Source: Armatimonadota bacterium (GTDB taxonomy: Bacteria; Sysuimicrobiota; Sysuimicrobiia; Sysuimicrobiales; Kaftiobacteriaceae). Taken from it: 59,208 nucleotides of DNA. Below, one piece after another: positions 9,727 through 18,573 of the stretch. The stretch covers positions 1 through 59,208 of the forward strand of contig JAHZOA010000001.1 of assembly GCA_020028455.1 (NCBI GenBank), read 5' to 3'. A program made the translations under genes and the position numbers. Every line of letters starts with the position of its first letter. Position 1 is the first letter of the stretch. The notes beneath the pieces are model-generated. The model was not told where the DNA came from and made no database searches. It saw nothing but the letters and a program-made list of their open reading frames with translations.

Positions 9727-10554
9727 TTAAGAGGAAGGTCGGGACTTGTCTGATTCGGGGAATCGGAAGCGGAAGTACAGCTCTCTGACGCGACCATCGT
9801 CCTCGAAGCGAAACTCGCTGACCAAGTCGAGAGGACGATTTGTGACCGGCTCTGTAAAGATGCGAGGCTCCCTAGGATCACCACCCAACCGCAACGCAGT
9901 CGTCAGGAAGAGTTCATCGATCGCACCGCGGCGAGCCAGGGCCACGTTCAAGGTGGGTCCACCTTCGCAAAGCAGTGTGCGAATGCCGCGCGCGACAAGC
10001 CAGCGCATCAAGGAGGGAACATGCACATCCCCGTTTCGGTCCGCCCGCACCGCTTGGACTTGAACCCCCGCCCGTTTTACCTTATCGATGTCCCTCGGTT
10101 TCGCCCGCCGCGTCGTGACGATGATCTTCTCAAAATCCTGGCGTGTGAAGAACTTCTTCTTGAAGACGGCGCGATCAAACCGGCAAGTCGCCGTGACGAC
10201 AACTGCCAGTGGGTTTGGTGATATCCCACGTTGCCGGCGGCGCTCCTGGAGCGGTGGATGGGTGGTAATGATGACGTCATCCTTTCGCAGCGTACCGGCC
10301 CCGCAAAGTACGGCGTCGGCGTGAACCCGCAACTGGCGCAGCAGGTAATGATCGACATCGGTACCGATCGTGTAGGCGGTGCCTTGAAGAACCGTCTGAC
10401 CATCTAGAGTCTGCACCATGTTGAGATAGACGAAGGGGCGATCGCGACTCGAGACCGGGAACTTGATGTGCGTGTAAACATCTTGCAGTGGGATCTTGCG
10501 CGGGTATGGTTCGGTCTCGTGGTAGACGAGGTTCAGTAACTCAGGAAGAGCCAT
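9727..10554 (-). CDS. RibD C-terminal domain / dihydrofolate-reductase-like reductase family protein
   Basis: 275 aa with VYLNMVQTLDGQ...LLCEGGPTLN pattern, typical of the pyrimidine reductase fold. Confidence 0.75.
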   Translation of the reverse strand: MALPELLNLVYHETEPYPRKIPLQDVYTHIKFPVSSRDRPFVYLNMVQTLDGQTVLQGTAYTIGTDVDHYLLRQLRVHADAVLCGAGTLRKDDVIITTHPPLQERRRQRGISPNPLAVVVTATCRFDRAVFKKKFFTRQDFEKIIVTTRRAKPRDIDKVKRAGVQVQAVRADRNGDVHVPSLMRWLVARGIRTLLCEGGPTLNVALARRGAIDELFLTTALRLGGDPREPRIFTEPVTNRPLDLVSEFRFEDDGRVRELYFRFRFPESDKSRPSS

Positions 10555-10608
10555 GGGCGAGGCTGTCTTAAGCAGATCGGCCGGAGGAACCTGCGTGAGC
10601 TGGTGGTG

Positions 10609-10638
10609 TGCCGAACTCGGTCCGGACCGAGTTCGGCA
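10609..10638. repeat. 30-nt perfect palindrome, copy 1 of AACTCGGTCCGGACCGAGTT core
   Basis: TGCCGAACTCGGTCC|GGACCGAGTTCGGCA read directly. The same 20-nt core recurs at 12006-12025. Confidence 0.9.
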
Positions 10639-10882
10639 GTATCAACCGAGGTCATTTCAATTTGACCTATCTGTGTTAAGGGTCGCCCAGCAAAACACTT
10701 GACAGGTTTTCGAAGGAAATCTTGGAGTCCGAAGGGAGTCGTTCCCGGATGGGGGACTACACGAACCAGGATCGCTCAGCGCAGTATTTGGATGAGAAGA
10801 GGTCAGCGAAGAGTCTTTAAGCGGCTAGCATTGGGACTGGACGTTCCTAAGCGGTTCGAAAACGCCATGATATACATAGGAT

Positions 10883-11946
10883 ATGGATCTTAAGATTCTC
10901 TCTGCTGTGAATCAACTGTCCAACGACGAGTTGCTAAAGCGGGTAAAGAACCTGGCCGAACGCGAGCGTGAGGCGACCGCGTCTCTCATCGCCCACCTCG
11001 CGGAGTTCGACGAGCGACGCCTCTACCTCGCTGAAGGCTACTCTTCGCTGTTCACATATTGCACACAGGTGCTCCACCTTTCCGAGCACGCCGCCTACCG
11101 GCGCATCGAAGCCGCCCGGATAATCCGGAGGTTCCCAGTCATACTCGAGATGCTCGATCAAGGGTCGGTAAGTCTGACGACAGTGGGACTCCTTGCTGCA
11201 CATCTCACTCAGGAGAACCATCTAGAAGTCCTGAACGCGGCCCGGCTGAAGAGCAAGCGACAGGTGGAAGAGCTGTTGGCGCGGCTGCACCCTCAGCCAC
11301 CTGTCCCCTCGACCATCCGCAAACTACCGAATGCCAGTCACACCAGTGCATCGCCACCGGCTGAGCACGATCCCGAGCCCAGCTTTCAGCCGAAAGGTCA
11401 GGGCCAAGATGATGCAACCCAAAAACTGTCATCGCTAGCCCTCACGTCACCCCGAGGTCGTCCAGCTGTCATCGTCCCGCTGGCGCCAGAACGTTATAAG
11501 GTGCAGTTCACGGCGAGTGCTGAAACGTATAGGAAGCTCCGACTCGCGCAGGACCTCTTGCGTCATCAGATTCCAGACGGTGATCCGGCGGCGATCTTCG
11601 ACCGGGCGCTAACGGCGCTCCTCGAAGACCTCGCCAAGAAGAAGCTTGCTGGCACGGATCGTCCGCGTGAGTGCCGCAACCATGTCCTGGGATCGCGACA
11701 CATCCCAGCCGAGGTCAAACGTGCGGTGTGGCTCCGAGACGGCGGGCGTTGCGCGTTTCGTGTGCCAAAACGGCCGGCGCTGTACCGAACAGGGCTTCCT
11801 TGAATACCACCATGTCACCGCCCTATGCATCGGGCGGCCCGCCCACAGTGGACAACATTCAGCTCCGGTGCCGCGCTCACAACGGTTACGAGGCGGAGCT
11901 CGATTTCGGTCCGCGCGACCCATCGATCGTGAGAGAGCCGCGAGCG
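10883..11946 (+). pseudogene. DUF222-like/HNH endonuclease gene disrupted by two +1 frameshifts
   Basis: Frame a ends ...VWLRDGGRCAF (stop at 11803). Frame b continues VCQNGRRCTEQGFLEYHHV. Frame c continues (T)PYASGGPPTVDNIQLRCRAHNGYEAE. Together these rebuild a canonical HNH motif. Shifts lie near 11757 and 11818. The 3' end is uncertain. Confidence 0.75.
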
Positions 11947-12005
11947 CCCTACTTGATTACCGATCTGGTAGCAGTGGCTTCCACTCGCCTGAGGAATCCC
12001 GCTGC

Positions 12006-12025
12006 AACTCGGTCCGGACCGAGTT
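12006..12025. repeat. 20-nt perfect palindrome, copy 2 of AACTCGGTCCGGACCGAGTT
   Basis: Identical core to 10613-10632. Both copies are followed within 9-17 nt by CAACCG. Confidence 0.9.
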
Positions 12026-12091
12026 CAGGACTCAGCCATACTCAACCGCTCGCACAAATTTGGATCCATGCCTATGGTATGACGCGTTCGA

Positions 12092-12121
12092 TTGACGCTG
12101 TTCGCACAAGCCCGGTATAAT
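12092..12121 (+). promoter_or_regulatory. Sigma70-type promoter for the tRNA-Asp/tRNA-Phe pair
   Basis: TTGACG (12092-12097), 18-nt spacer, TATAAT (12116-12121), 25 nt before the tRNA-Asp 5' end. Confidence 0.65.
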
Positions 12122-12146
12122 TCGCATGGCGGGAACGATTCCCTAT

Positions 12147-12224
12147 GGGGGCGTGGTGTAGCCTGGTTAACACACCTGCCTGTCACGCAGGAGACCGCGG
12201 GTTCAACTCCCGTCGCTCCCGCCA
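12147..12224 (+). tRNA. tRNA-Asp (anticodon GTC), CCA encoded
   Basis: Hand-folded cloverleaf. Acceptor GGGGGCG/CGCTCCC, D stem GTGT/ACAC, anticodon arm CCTGC-CTGTCAC-GCAGG, T arm GCGGG-TTCAACT-CCCGT, discriminator G plus CCA. Confidence 0.9.
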
Positions 12225-12229
12225 AACGT

Positions 12230-12306
12230 GCCGGGGTAGCTCAGCCTGGTAGAGCGCGGGCCTGAAGAGCCCGGCGTCGGCGGTTCAAGTCCGTCCCCCG
12301 GCACCA
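12230..12306 (+). tRNA. tRNA-Phe (anticodon GAA), CCA encoded
   Basis: Acceptor GCCGGGG/CCCCGGC, D arm GCTC-AGCCTGGTA-GAGC, anticodon arm CGGGC-CTGAAGA-GCCCG, T arm GGCGG-TTCAAGT-CCGTC, A plus CCA. Confidence 0.9.
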
Positions 12307-12541
12307 CGATTTCCGCCCAAGAGCCTCGCTTCGGCGCACACTGCGGCATCTAAACTGAACCAGCTCGGCAATTGTCACTCCTCAGATCGAACTCTCAAAG
12401 GCCATCTGATCTCAGCCGCTAATTCTCCAAAGTCTTCCTGATCTTCCCGTGGTGTCGATTTGACTCGGCACCTGGATGGAAAGGTGAAGTAAGGTGCGGG
12501 TGGAACTAGCACGACTACGTTCGACCGTACGCGAATAGGAA

Positions 12542-15196
12542 GTGTTGCCTGTGCGGGACAATCCTTCACGGCCACCCCCCAGAAGGGATAAGACCAAGCC
12601 TCCGATCTACGCACGCACCCCTTCTGACCACGTCAAAAACGGCCAATCACGCCACTGGCTGCCGGTGCTTCCAACCCGGTTCATCGGCCGGGACGACGAG
12701 ATCGCTGCAGTCCAGAGCCTGCTCCAACGCGTAGACGTGCGTCTACTCACGCTGATCGGGCCGCCTGGTATCGGCAAGACGAGACTGGCACTTGAGGTCG
12801 CGACGGCCGTAGCTCCAAACTTCAAGCATCGCGCGGCGTTCGTCGATCTCGCTCCGATCAGCGATCCTGCTCTTGTCCCGCACACTATTGCCCAGGTGCT
12901 AGGCGTTGTCGATGCTCCCCGCCGCAACACCCTCAAGCGCCTGATTGAGTACCTGGAAGAGAAGCGCATCCTGCTTGTCCTCGACAACTTTGAGCACATA
13001 ATCGGGGCGGCGACGCAGGTGTCGGAACTGCTAGCAGCCTGCAGCGGGGTGAAGGTGCTGGCGACGAGCCGGGAACCGTTGCATCTAACCTGGGAGCGCG
13101 AGATCCCGGTCTCACCACTCCGGCTACCCGATCTTGCCCGGTTGCCCGAACTTGAAGCATTGCTCGGTTATTCTGCCGTCGCACTGTTTCTCGAACGCGC
13201 GCGTGCGATTCGTTCAGACTTCACCCTCACTCCGCAAAATGCAGCCGCAGTCGCTGAGATCTGCGTTCGTCTCGACGGGCTTCCCCTGGCGATCGAGATG
13301 GCAGCCGCCCGTATCAAATCATTGACGCCTGAAGCCCTTGCCCACCGACTCGACGACAGGCTCGGGCTTCTCACCGCGGGCGCGCGAGACGTACCCGAAC
13401 GGCAACGCACGCTGCGGTCCGCGATCGCCTGGAGTAACGACCTTCTGAAACCCGCCGAGCAGGTGCTGTTCAGAAGACTGTCCGTCTTCGCCGGCGGCTG
13501 CACGGCGGATGCGGCGCAGGCGGTCTTCGGCGGTGACCTCGAGATCAATGTTACCGAGGGACTGGGCGCGCTTGTAGATAAGAGCTTGGTGCGCCACGAG
13601 TCGCGACCCGACGGCTCCTCGCGATTCAGTTTGTTGGAAAGCCTGCGCGAGTTCGGACGGGGGCAGCTGGCAACAACAGGCGAACTCGAGACCATCCAGC
13701 ACCGACATGCTGCATACTTCGTGGCGTTGGTTCATCAGGCGGAAGTCCACAAGCGTGGCATCCGCCAGTCAACATGGCTGGAAACCCTAGAGAGGGAGCA
13801 CGCCAACATCCAGGGAGCGCTCGGGTGGTGCCTGGACGGCGGCAACGTCGCGCTAGGGCTGCAGGGCGCGACTGCCCTGTCATGGTTCTGGGACCTGCGC
13901 GGCCACTGGAGTATCGGCCGCCGCTGGCTCGAGCGACTCCTGAATGCCTACTCCACGACCCACGATTCCCTTCGGGCAAAGGGCCTGTGCGCGCTCGGCT
14001 ATCTACTGTGGCACCAAGCAGAGTTTGAGCAGGCACAAGTCGTGTTCGAAGAGAGCCTAGCAATGTATCGGCGACTGGGCGAGACCATCGGCATCATCAA
14101 TGCCCTGTATTCCCTGTCTTTACTGTTTCAGTGGCGCGAAGAGTACGCGAAAGCTGATGCGGCTATCCAAGAGGGCCTGGCGCTGTCTCGCGGGCTCAAC
14201 GATGCGGCCGGGATCTCCGAAGGTCTCTTGCGTCTCGGCAATGTCGCCATCAATCGAGGGGAGTTCGAAGCGGGGACAGCATGCCTGCGGGACGCCCTCA
14301 GGGTCACACAGGAGCATGGGCTTGAGGGCGGCCGTGGGATCATCTTGTATAGCCTCGGGCGGGCGGGATTCTGGCAGGGTGAGTTGGATCGCGCGGCCTC
14401 CTTCTTTGACGAGTGCCTGGCGATCTTCCACGAGGTTGATTTTAAGTGGGACATCGGGCGAACTGTGGTGCGTCTCGGCGATCTTGCGGTCGTCCGTGGT
14501 GAGGTCGAATCCGCGGCACATCTGTACGAGGAGGGTTTTGCCTATCTCCATGAACTGGGCGACACACGGTGGGCGGCTCGCGCAACCCACGGTCTGGGCA
14601 CACTGTCCCTCAGGCGCGGCGAGTACGGTGAAGCGCACGCCCTTCTCCTGGAAAGCCTCCGGCGCTTTTATGAGTTCGGGGCCAGACTCGAAGTCGCTGA
14701 GTGTCTAGAAAGCACCGCGGCGCTGGCCGCGTCGATTGATCAACCGGAGCTTGCGGCGAGGTTAACCGGCGCCATGGACAGTCTCCGGGAAACGATCGGC
14801 GCGCCGCTCCCTCCTGTGTACCGACCCCAGCACGACCGCATGGTCAGCCTATTGCGCCGTCGTCTTGGCCCCAGCGCCTTCGCGGGCGCCTATGCAGCTG
14901 GACGGGCGATGACGCTGGAACAGGCTGCTGCTGAGGCCATTACCCTGACCATCAAGCCCACCCGTCCGTCCATGTCCAGGAAACCGGCCCTCTCCCTGAC
15001 CCGTCGCGAACACGAGGTCGCCGCTTTGATTGCCCAAGGCCTCACTAACCGACGGATCGCCGCGGCCCTGTTCATCACCGACCACACAGTGGAGTCGCAC
15101 GTCGAGAACATCCTGAACAAGCTTGGCTTCAATGCACGGACGCAGATCGCAGCCTGGGCCTCGGCGTCCGAGAACCGTCCGGCCCCCGCTTTGTAG
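12542..15196 (+). CDS. STAND/NB-ARC-type ATPase + TPR + C-terminal LuxR-type HTH regulator
   Basis: 884 aa with Walker A GPPGIGKT and Walker B LLVLDNFEH. TPR-like repeats through the middle. C-terminal LTRREHEVAALIAQGLTNRRIAAALFITDHTVESHVENILNKLG. Confidence 0.85.
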   Translation: MLPVRDNPSRPPPRRDKTKPPIYARTPSDHVKNGQSRHWLPVLPTRFIGRDDEIAAVQSLLQRVDVRLLTLIGPPGIGKTRLALEVATAVAPNFKHRAAFVDLAPISDPALVPHTIAQVLGVVDAPRRNTLKRLIEYLEEKRILLVLDNFEHIIGAATQVSELLAACSGVKVLATSREPLHLTWEREIPVSPLRLPDLARLPELEALLGYSAVALFLERARAIRSDFTLTPQNAAAVAEICVRLDGLPLAIEMAAARIKSLTPEALAHRLDDRLGLLTAGARDVPERQRTLRSAIAWSNDLLKPAEQVLFRRLSVFAGGCTADAAQAVFGGDLEINVTEGLGALVDKSLVRHESRPDGSSRFSLLESLREFGRGQLATTGELETIQHRHAAYFVALVHQAEVHKRGIRQSTWLETLEREHANIQGALGWCLDGGNVALGLQGATALSWFWDLRGHWSIGRRWLERLLNAYSTTHDSLRAKGLCALGYLLWHQAEFEQAQVVFEESLAMYRRLGETIGIINALYSLSLLFQWREEYAKADAAIQEGLALSRGLNDAAGISEGLLRLGNVAINRGEFEAGTACLRDALRVTQEHGLEGGRGIILYSLGRAGFWQGELDRAASFFDECLAIFHEVDFKWDIGRTVVRLGDLAVVRGEVESAAHLYEEGFAYLHELGDTRWAARATHGLGTLSLRRGEYGEAHALLLESLRRFYEFGARLEVAECLESTAALAASIDQPELAARLTGAMDSLRETIGAPLPPVYRPQHDRMVSLLRRRLGPSAFAGAYAAGRAMTLEQAAAEAITLTIKPTRPSMSRKPALSLTRREHEVAALIAQGLTNRRIAAALFITDHTVESHVENILNKLGFNARTQIAAWASASENRPAPAL

Positions 15197-15279
15197 AACC
15201 GCCCGACCCTCGCAGTTTTCGCAAGGCTCTCCTGGATTTCCGGGATGCCGACGCGCGGCCGTCATCCTAGGATGGTCGC

Positions 15280-15999
15280 GTGCGAATGCTCGCCCTCGCA
15301 ATCATTGTGCTGCACCTGGCAGTCCCGACCGCGAGTACTGGGAGCATGTTTCCGGTCGATGCGGTCGGCCGCCTGATCGTCGACGGCAAATACCTCTGCA
15401 CCGCGTTTCCGGTTCGCACCGAGGCGATCCCTGTGAGTCCTTATGCGGCGGACAGCGCAGCTACACATCGCAACTGGCTGGTGACGGCCGGACACTGCGT
15501 CGGCAAGCAGATGGTTTACCGACAGCCCGCTATGCGACTCTTATCCCCGAACGGTCTCATAGTGTATCCTGAGCGGACGCATCCCGCGTCCCCAGTGGGA
15601 TTCAGCGGCAGACCACCGGGTGGATTCGACATCGCGGTGCTTGAGTACACGACAACGTACCGCGCGCCAGTACTGGAGTTGGCGTTCAACCATGAGCTGC
15701 GCGAAGGAGACTTGCTACTGGCAGCGGGCTATTCTCGCGGCGTGCTGTATTACCCCGTCGGTCGTTACTTAGGTCACAATGAAGACGAACAACTCGTCGT
15801 TGATGCAGTGCTCTCCTCGGGCAGCAGCGGCGGACCAGTCTTAATCCCTGGCACGCGCAGAGTCGTAGGTATCATAGTCGAGGGGACTCCGAAACGGATG
15901 GAAGAGGGCATCTATGCATGTATATTCAAGCGCTGCGGGACTGACCGTCCTTACAAGGCGGTACCAATCAGCTGGATTCTCCGGGTGGTTCGCTGGTGA
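15280..15999 (+). CDS. Secreted trypsin-like (S1) serine peptidase
   Basis: 239 aa with signal-like MLALAIIVLHLAVPTAS. Catalytic His in LVTAGHCV, Asp in DIAVLEY, Ser in GSSGGPV. Confidence 0.8.
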   Translation: MRMLALAIIVLHLAVPTASTGSMFPVDAVGRLIVDGKYLCTAFPVRTEAIPVSPYAADSAATHRNWLVTAGHCVGKQMVYRQPAMRLLSPNGLIVYPERTHPASPVGFSGRPPGGFDIAVLEYTTTYRAPVLELAFNHELREGDLLLAAGYSRGVLYYPVGRYLGHNEDEQLVVDAVLSSGSSGGPVLIPGTRRVVGIIVEGTPKRMEEGIYACIFKRCGTDRPYKAVPISWILRVVRW

Positions 16000-16065
16000 A
16001 GGGTCCCGAGTCTGCTTCGCCCAACGCCGAGGAATCCCGGCGATGTTGCCACTGCTCCCGGCCGA

Positions 16066-16135
16066 CAGATGTTTGGGTGTTTGGACAAGCGAGTGTTACC
16101 GCCCGCGCGGCCGCGGAATAAAAGTTTCGACAAAT
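16066..16135. repeat. About 65-nt structured repeat, copy 1 (intergenic)
   Basis: CAGATGTT...CAAGCGAGTGTTACCGCCCGCGCGGCCGCGGAATAAAAGTTTCGACAAAT. Near-identical to 26194-26254 apart from an 8-9 nt indel and a few substitutions. Confidence 0.85.
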
Positions 16136-16142
16136 TGACAGA

Positions 16143-16212
16143 GGGGTCAGGTCTTCGTTTGATACAGGTAACTCCGAATCCACTATCCTGTGCGGAGTCA
16201 AGACCTGACCCC
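16143..16212. repeat. REP/MITE-like 70-nt hairpin repeat, copy 1
   Basis: GGGGTCAGGTCTT...AAGACCTGACCCC is a 13-bp terminal stem, with inner ACAGG/CCTGT stem. About 87 percent identical to 16895-16965, same orientation. Confidence 0.9.
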
Positions 16213-16353
16213 AACAAGTTCGCAAGGGGTTGCGCGACGGGCTGGACCGCGCGGAGAAGTTCTACCGAAAAGCCTGAGGCCAGCGACCCGTCCTGCGGAG
16301 AACGGGAGCGCGCGACAAACACGAGGCGTCGAGGACCTGCCAGTAAATAGCGG

Positions 16354-16749
16354 TTACTTTCCTTTTTTGAAATTCAAGGCAAGAGAGTTGATGCAGTAGC
16401 GTTGGCCGGTGGGCTCCGGTCCGTCGTCAAAGACGTGGCCCAGGTGGGCTCCGCAGGTGGCGCAGCGGACCTCGGTTCGGACAATTCCGAAGGACTTATC
16501 GGCGTGCACCTCGAGAGACCCTTCAATCGGTGCCCAGAAGCTCGGCCAACCGGTACCGGAGTGGAATTTGGTTTGGGAGGAGAAAAGGGGAGTGGCGCAA
16601 ACGGCACAACTATAGATGCCCTGCTCTTTGTTATCCGTGTATTTGCCGCTGTAGGGCACCTCGGTCCCGCCCCGGAAACAGATATCGTACTGCTCTGGTG
16701 TAAGCTGCTTCTTAAGCTCCTCGAGTTTTTGGCGATCCAGTTTGGCCAT
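16354..16749 (-). CDS. msrB: Peptide-methionine (R)-S-oxide reductase
   Basis: 131 aa with GTGWPSFW and RTEVRCATCGAHLGHVFDDGP motifs plus CxxC pairs. Confidence 0.95.
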   Translation of the reverse strand: MAKLDRQKLEELKKQLTPEQYDICFRGGTEVPYSGKYTDNKEQGIYSCAVCATPLFSSQTKFHSGTGWPSFWAPIEGSLEVHADKSFGIVRTEVRCATCGAHLGHVFDDGPEPTGQRYCINSLALNFKKGK

Positions 16750-16894
16750 TGGACTAAAACTCTACCGGAATCCGTAATTCGTCGGCTTGTTCGGGAAGCC
16801 ACAGATGGATTGTCTTTTCCAGAACCAATGTTCCATCCCTTCAGCATCTTCTCTAGTGGCTAAGAATCCAGTGGTGAACAGGCAGGCTTACTGA

Positions 16895-16965
16895 GGGGTC
16901 AGGTCTTGATTTGACACAGGGTAACCTCGAATCCGCTAACCTGTGCGGAGTCAAGACCCGACCCC
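16895..16965. repeat. REP/MITE-like hairpin repeat, copy 2 (71 nt)
   Basis: GGGGTCAGGTCTTGA...GTCAAGACCCGACCCC. One A-C mismatch in the terminal stem; inner ACAGG/CCTGT stem retained. Confidence 0.9.
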
Positions 16966-17097
16966 CCACAGCTTCTCAACGCTTCACAACCGCCCTCTGC
17001 CTGCATGCCGGCACCGGAATCCGGTACACATTACTCAGAAATCGCCGAGCCGGTCCCCGGCACCAGGAAGACATCTCTGGATAGCCATCCCGGCTTC

Positions 17098-18570
17098 CTA
17101 AAGGTATTGGGTGTCGGGGTCAAGCGGATAGATCGGGCGCCGCAAGCGAGTGTAGGTAAACGTCGAGAGATCCGTGCTGGTCACCCCCGGAGTGTCAACC
17201 TCAATGATCTCTGTCGCAATCGGCTCGTACGCAGCCCGCCAGGCGATGGCCGCTTTGACCACAATGATCTGCCGTTGGGTCGGGTCGATGCCGACCGATC
17301 GCAGCTGCTCCAGATCGAATGGGGATGACTTACGCTCTGTGAGCAGCAGCTCGATTCCGCCGACCTGAACCACCGCGCTGCGCCCCATCTCCACCACCGC
17401 ACCTGTCATGTAGGAGCCCGTGTTTACGTAGCGCCCATCGGTGATGGCGCGCACGACCCCCGAGACGGTGACGGGAGCACCGTGACGATCGTCGACCTTT
17501 CCTCCCACAGTCGTGCGCATCGTCCCGCCCACACCCGCCTCGACCGCCGCCGCCACGGCCTCGGCGTCCGCGATAGCGATGACGGCGCCCTGCGCATCCT
17601 CGGCCATCAACTGACGGAAGAGCACAGTGCCGTCTCCCGGTCCTCCCCCCCCGATGTTGTCGCCGACATCCGCCACAATCACCGGTCCGCTTTTCGCGCG
17701 TACGGCTCGTGCCACACCTTCGGTCACGGACAGGTTATGCACAGCAAACGCCTCTCGCTGAGCCCAGGCTTGCTGCGCAATCTGCCGCGCTATATCTTCC
17801 GCATGTGCCCGATTCCCATCGGACATTGCCACGATACAGACGCCCGCGTGCGGCACGTCGGCGTAGCAAAAGCCCCCCGCCACCGTGACCGCGAGCATCC
17901 CCGCGCTTGCCTCGAGGCGGTGCGCTTCCTCCATCAGCGTCGCCATCGGCGGACGCGAGGTCTGTTGCATCTGAGGAACTAACAGGAGCGGCACCGCCGA
18001 ACGTGCCAGAGTGGGCCGGATGTGTCCCTGGAACGTACGCGCGAGTAGCGTTCCTGCCTCGACCGCCCGGTCATATATGTCTATGTGGGGATACGTGTCG
18101 TAGCCCGTAAGGATGTTCACGTTGTCGACGAGTCGTTTGCTGATGTTGGCATGGAGGTCCAATTCCACAGCGATAGGAACCTCCGGGCCGACCACCTCCC
18201 GGATCCGCTCGGCAATCTCCCCATCCGCATCAGGCGTACCGTCTGCAACCATCGCTCCGTGGAGGGCGAGGAGTACACCGTCAACTGGAGTGGCTACGCG
18301 CACCGCTTGTACCAGGTCGTCCACCAGCGCTTCGAACGTGCGCCGCTCCGTGAGACCGCTACTCACCGCTTTGGCAAAAAATGTCGGCACCGGCGTGAAA
18401 TCTTCCGTGCGGCCAGCATCGAGGAAGCCACCCATCGGTGTGCGGGTCTGCTTGTAAGTCGACAGGATGGCGTCCCCGCGCCGGACGTAAGGAGCAAAGT
18501 CGCGCAGGGTCGCTGCAACCGCGCAGAATGTGTTCGTTTCCTGCATGATGCCGCCGACTGCGACGCGCAC
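17098..18570 (-). CDS. M81 family metallopeptidase (MlrC-like)
   Basis: 490 aa. N-terminal MRVAVGGIMQETNTF is characteristic of MlrC-like proteins. Last gene of the minus-strand operon. Confidence 0.85.
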   Translation of the reverse strand: MRVAVGGIMQETNTFCAVAATLRDFAPYVRRGDAILSTYKQTRTPMGGFLDAGRTEDFTPVPTFFAKAVSSGLTERRTFEALVDDLVQAVRVATPVDGVLLALHGAMVADGTPDADGEIAERIREVVGPEVPIAVELDLHANISKRLVDNVNILTGYDTYPHIDIYDRAVEAGTLLARTFQGHIRPTLARSAVPLLLVPQMQQTSRPPMATLMEEAHRLEASAGMLAVTVAGGFCYADVPHAGVCIVAMSDGNRAHAEDIARQIAQQAWAQREAFAVHNLSVTEGVARAVRAKSGPVIVADVGDNIGGGGPGDGTVLFRQLMAEDAQGAVIAIADAEAVAAAVEAGVGGTMRTTVGGKVDDRHGAPVTVSGVVRAITDGRYVNTGSYMTGAVVEMGRSAVVQVGGIELLLTERKSSPFDLEQLRSVGIDPTQRQIIVVKAAIAWRAAYEPIATEIIEVDTPGVTSTDLSTFTYTRLRRPIYPLDPDTQYL

Positions 18571-18573
18571 CCG

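Noticed and set aside
12147-16000. An integrative genomic island or prophage inserted at tRNA-Phe.
   Set aside because: No integrase, excisionase or phage gene is present. I could not find by eye a direct repeat of the tRNA 3' end downstream. It is retained only as a weak accessory-islet hypothesis.
16143-16965. The hairpins flanking msrB as integron attC sites, with msrB as a gene cassette.
   Set aside because: The hairpin ends lack the RYYYAAC / GTTRRRY core sites. No intI integrase or attI is in the window, and only one gene is bracketed.
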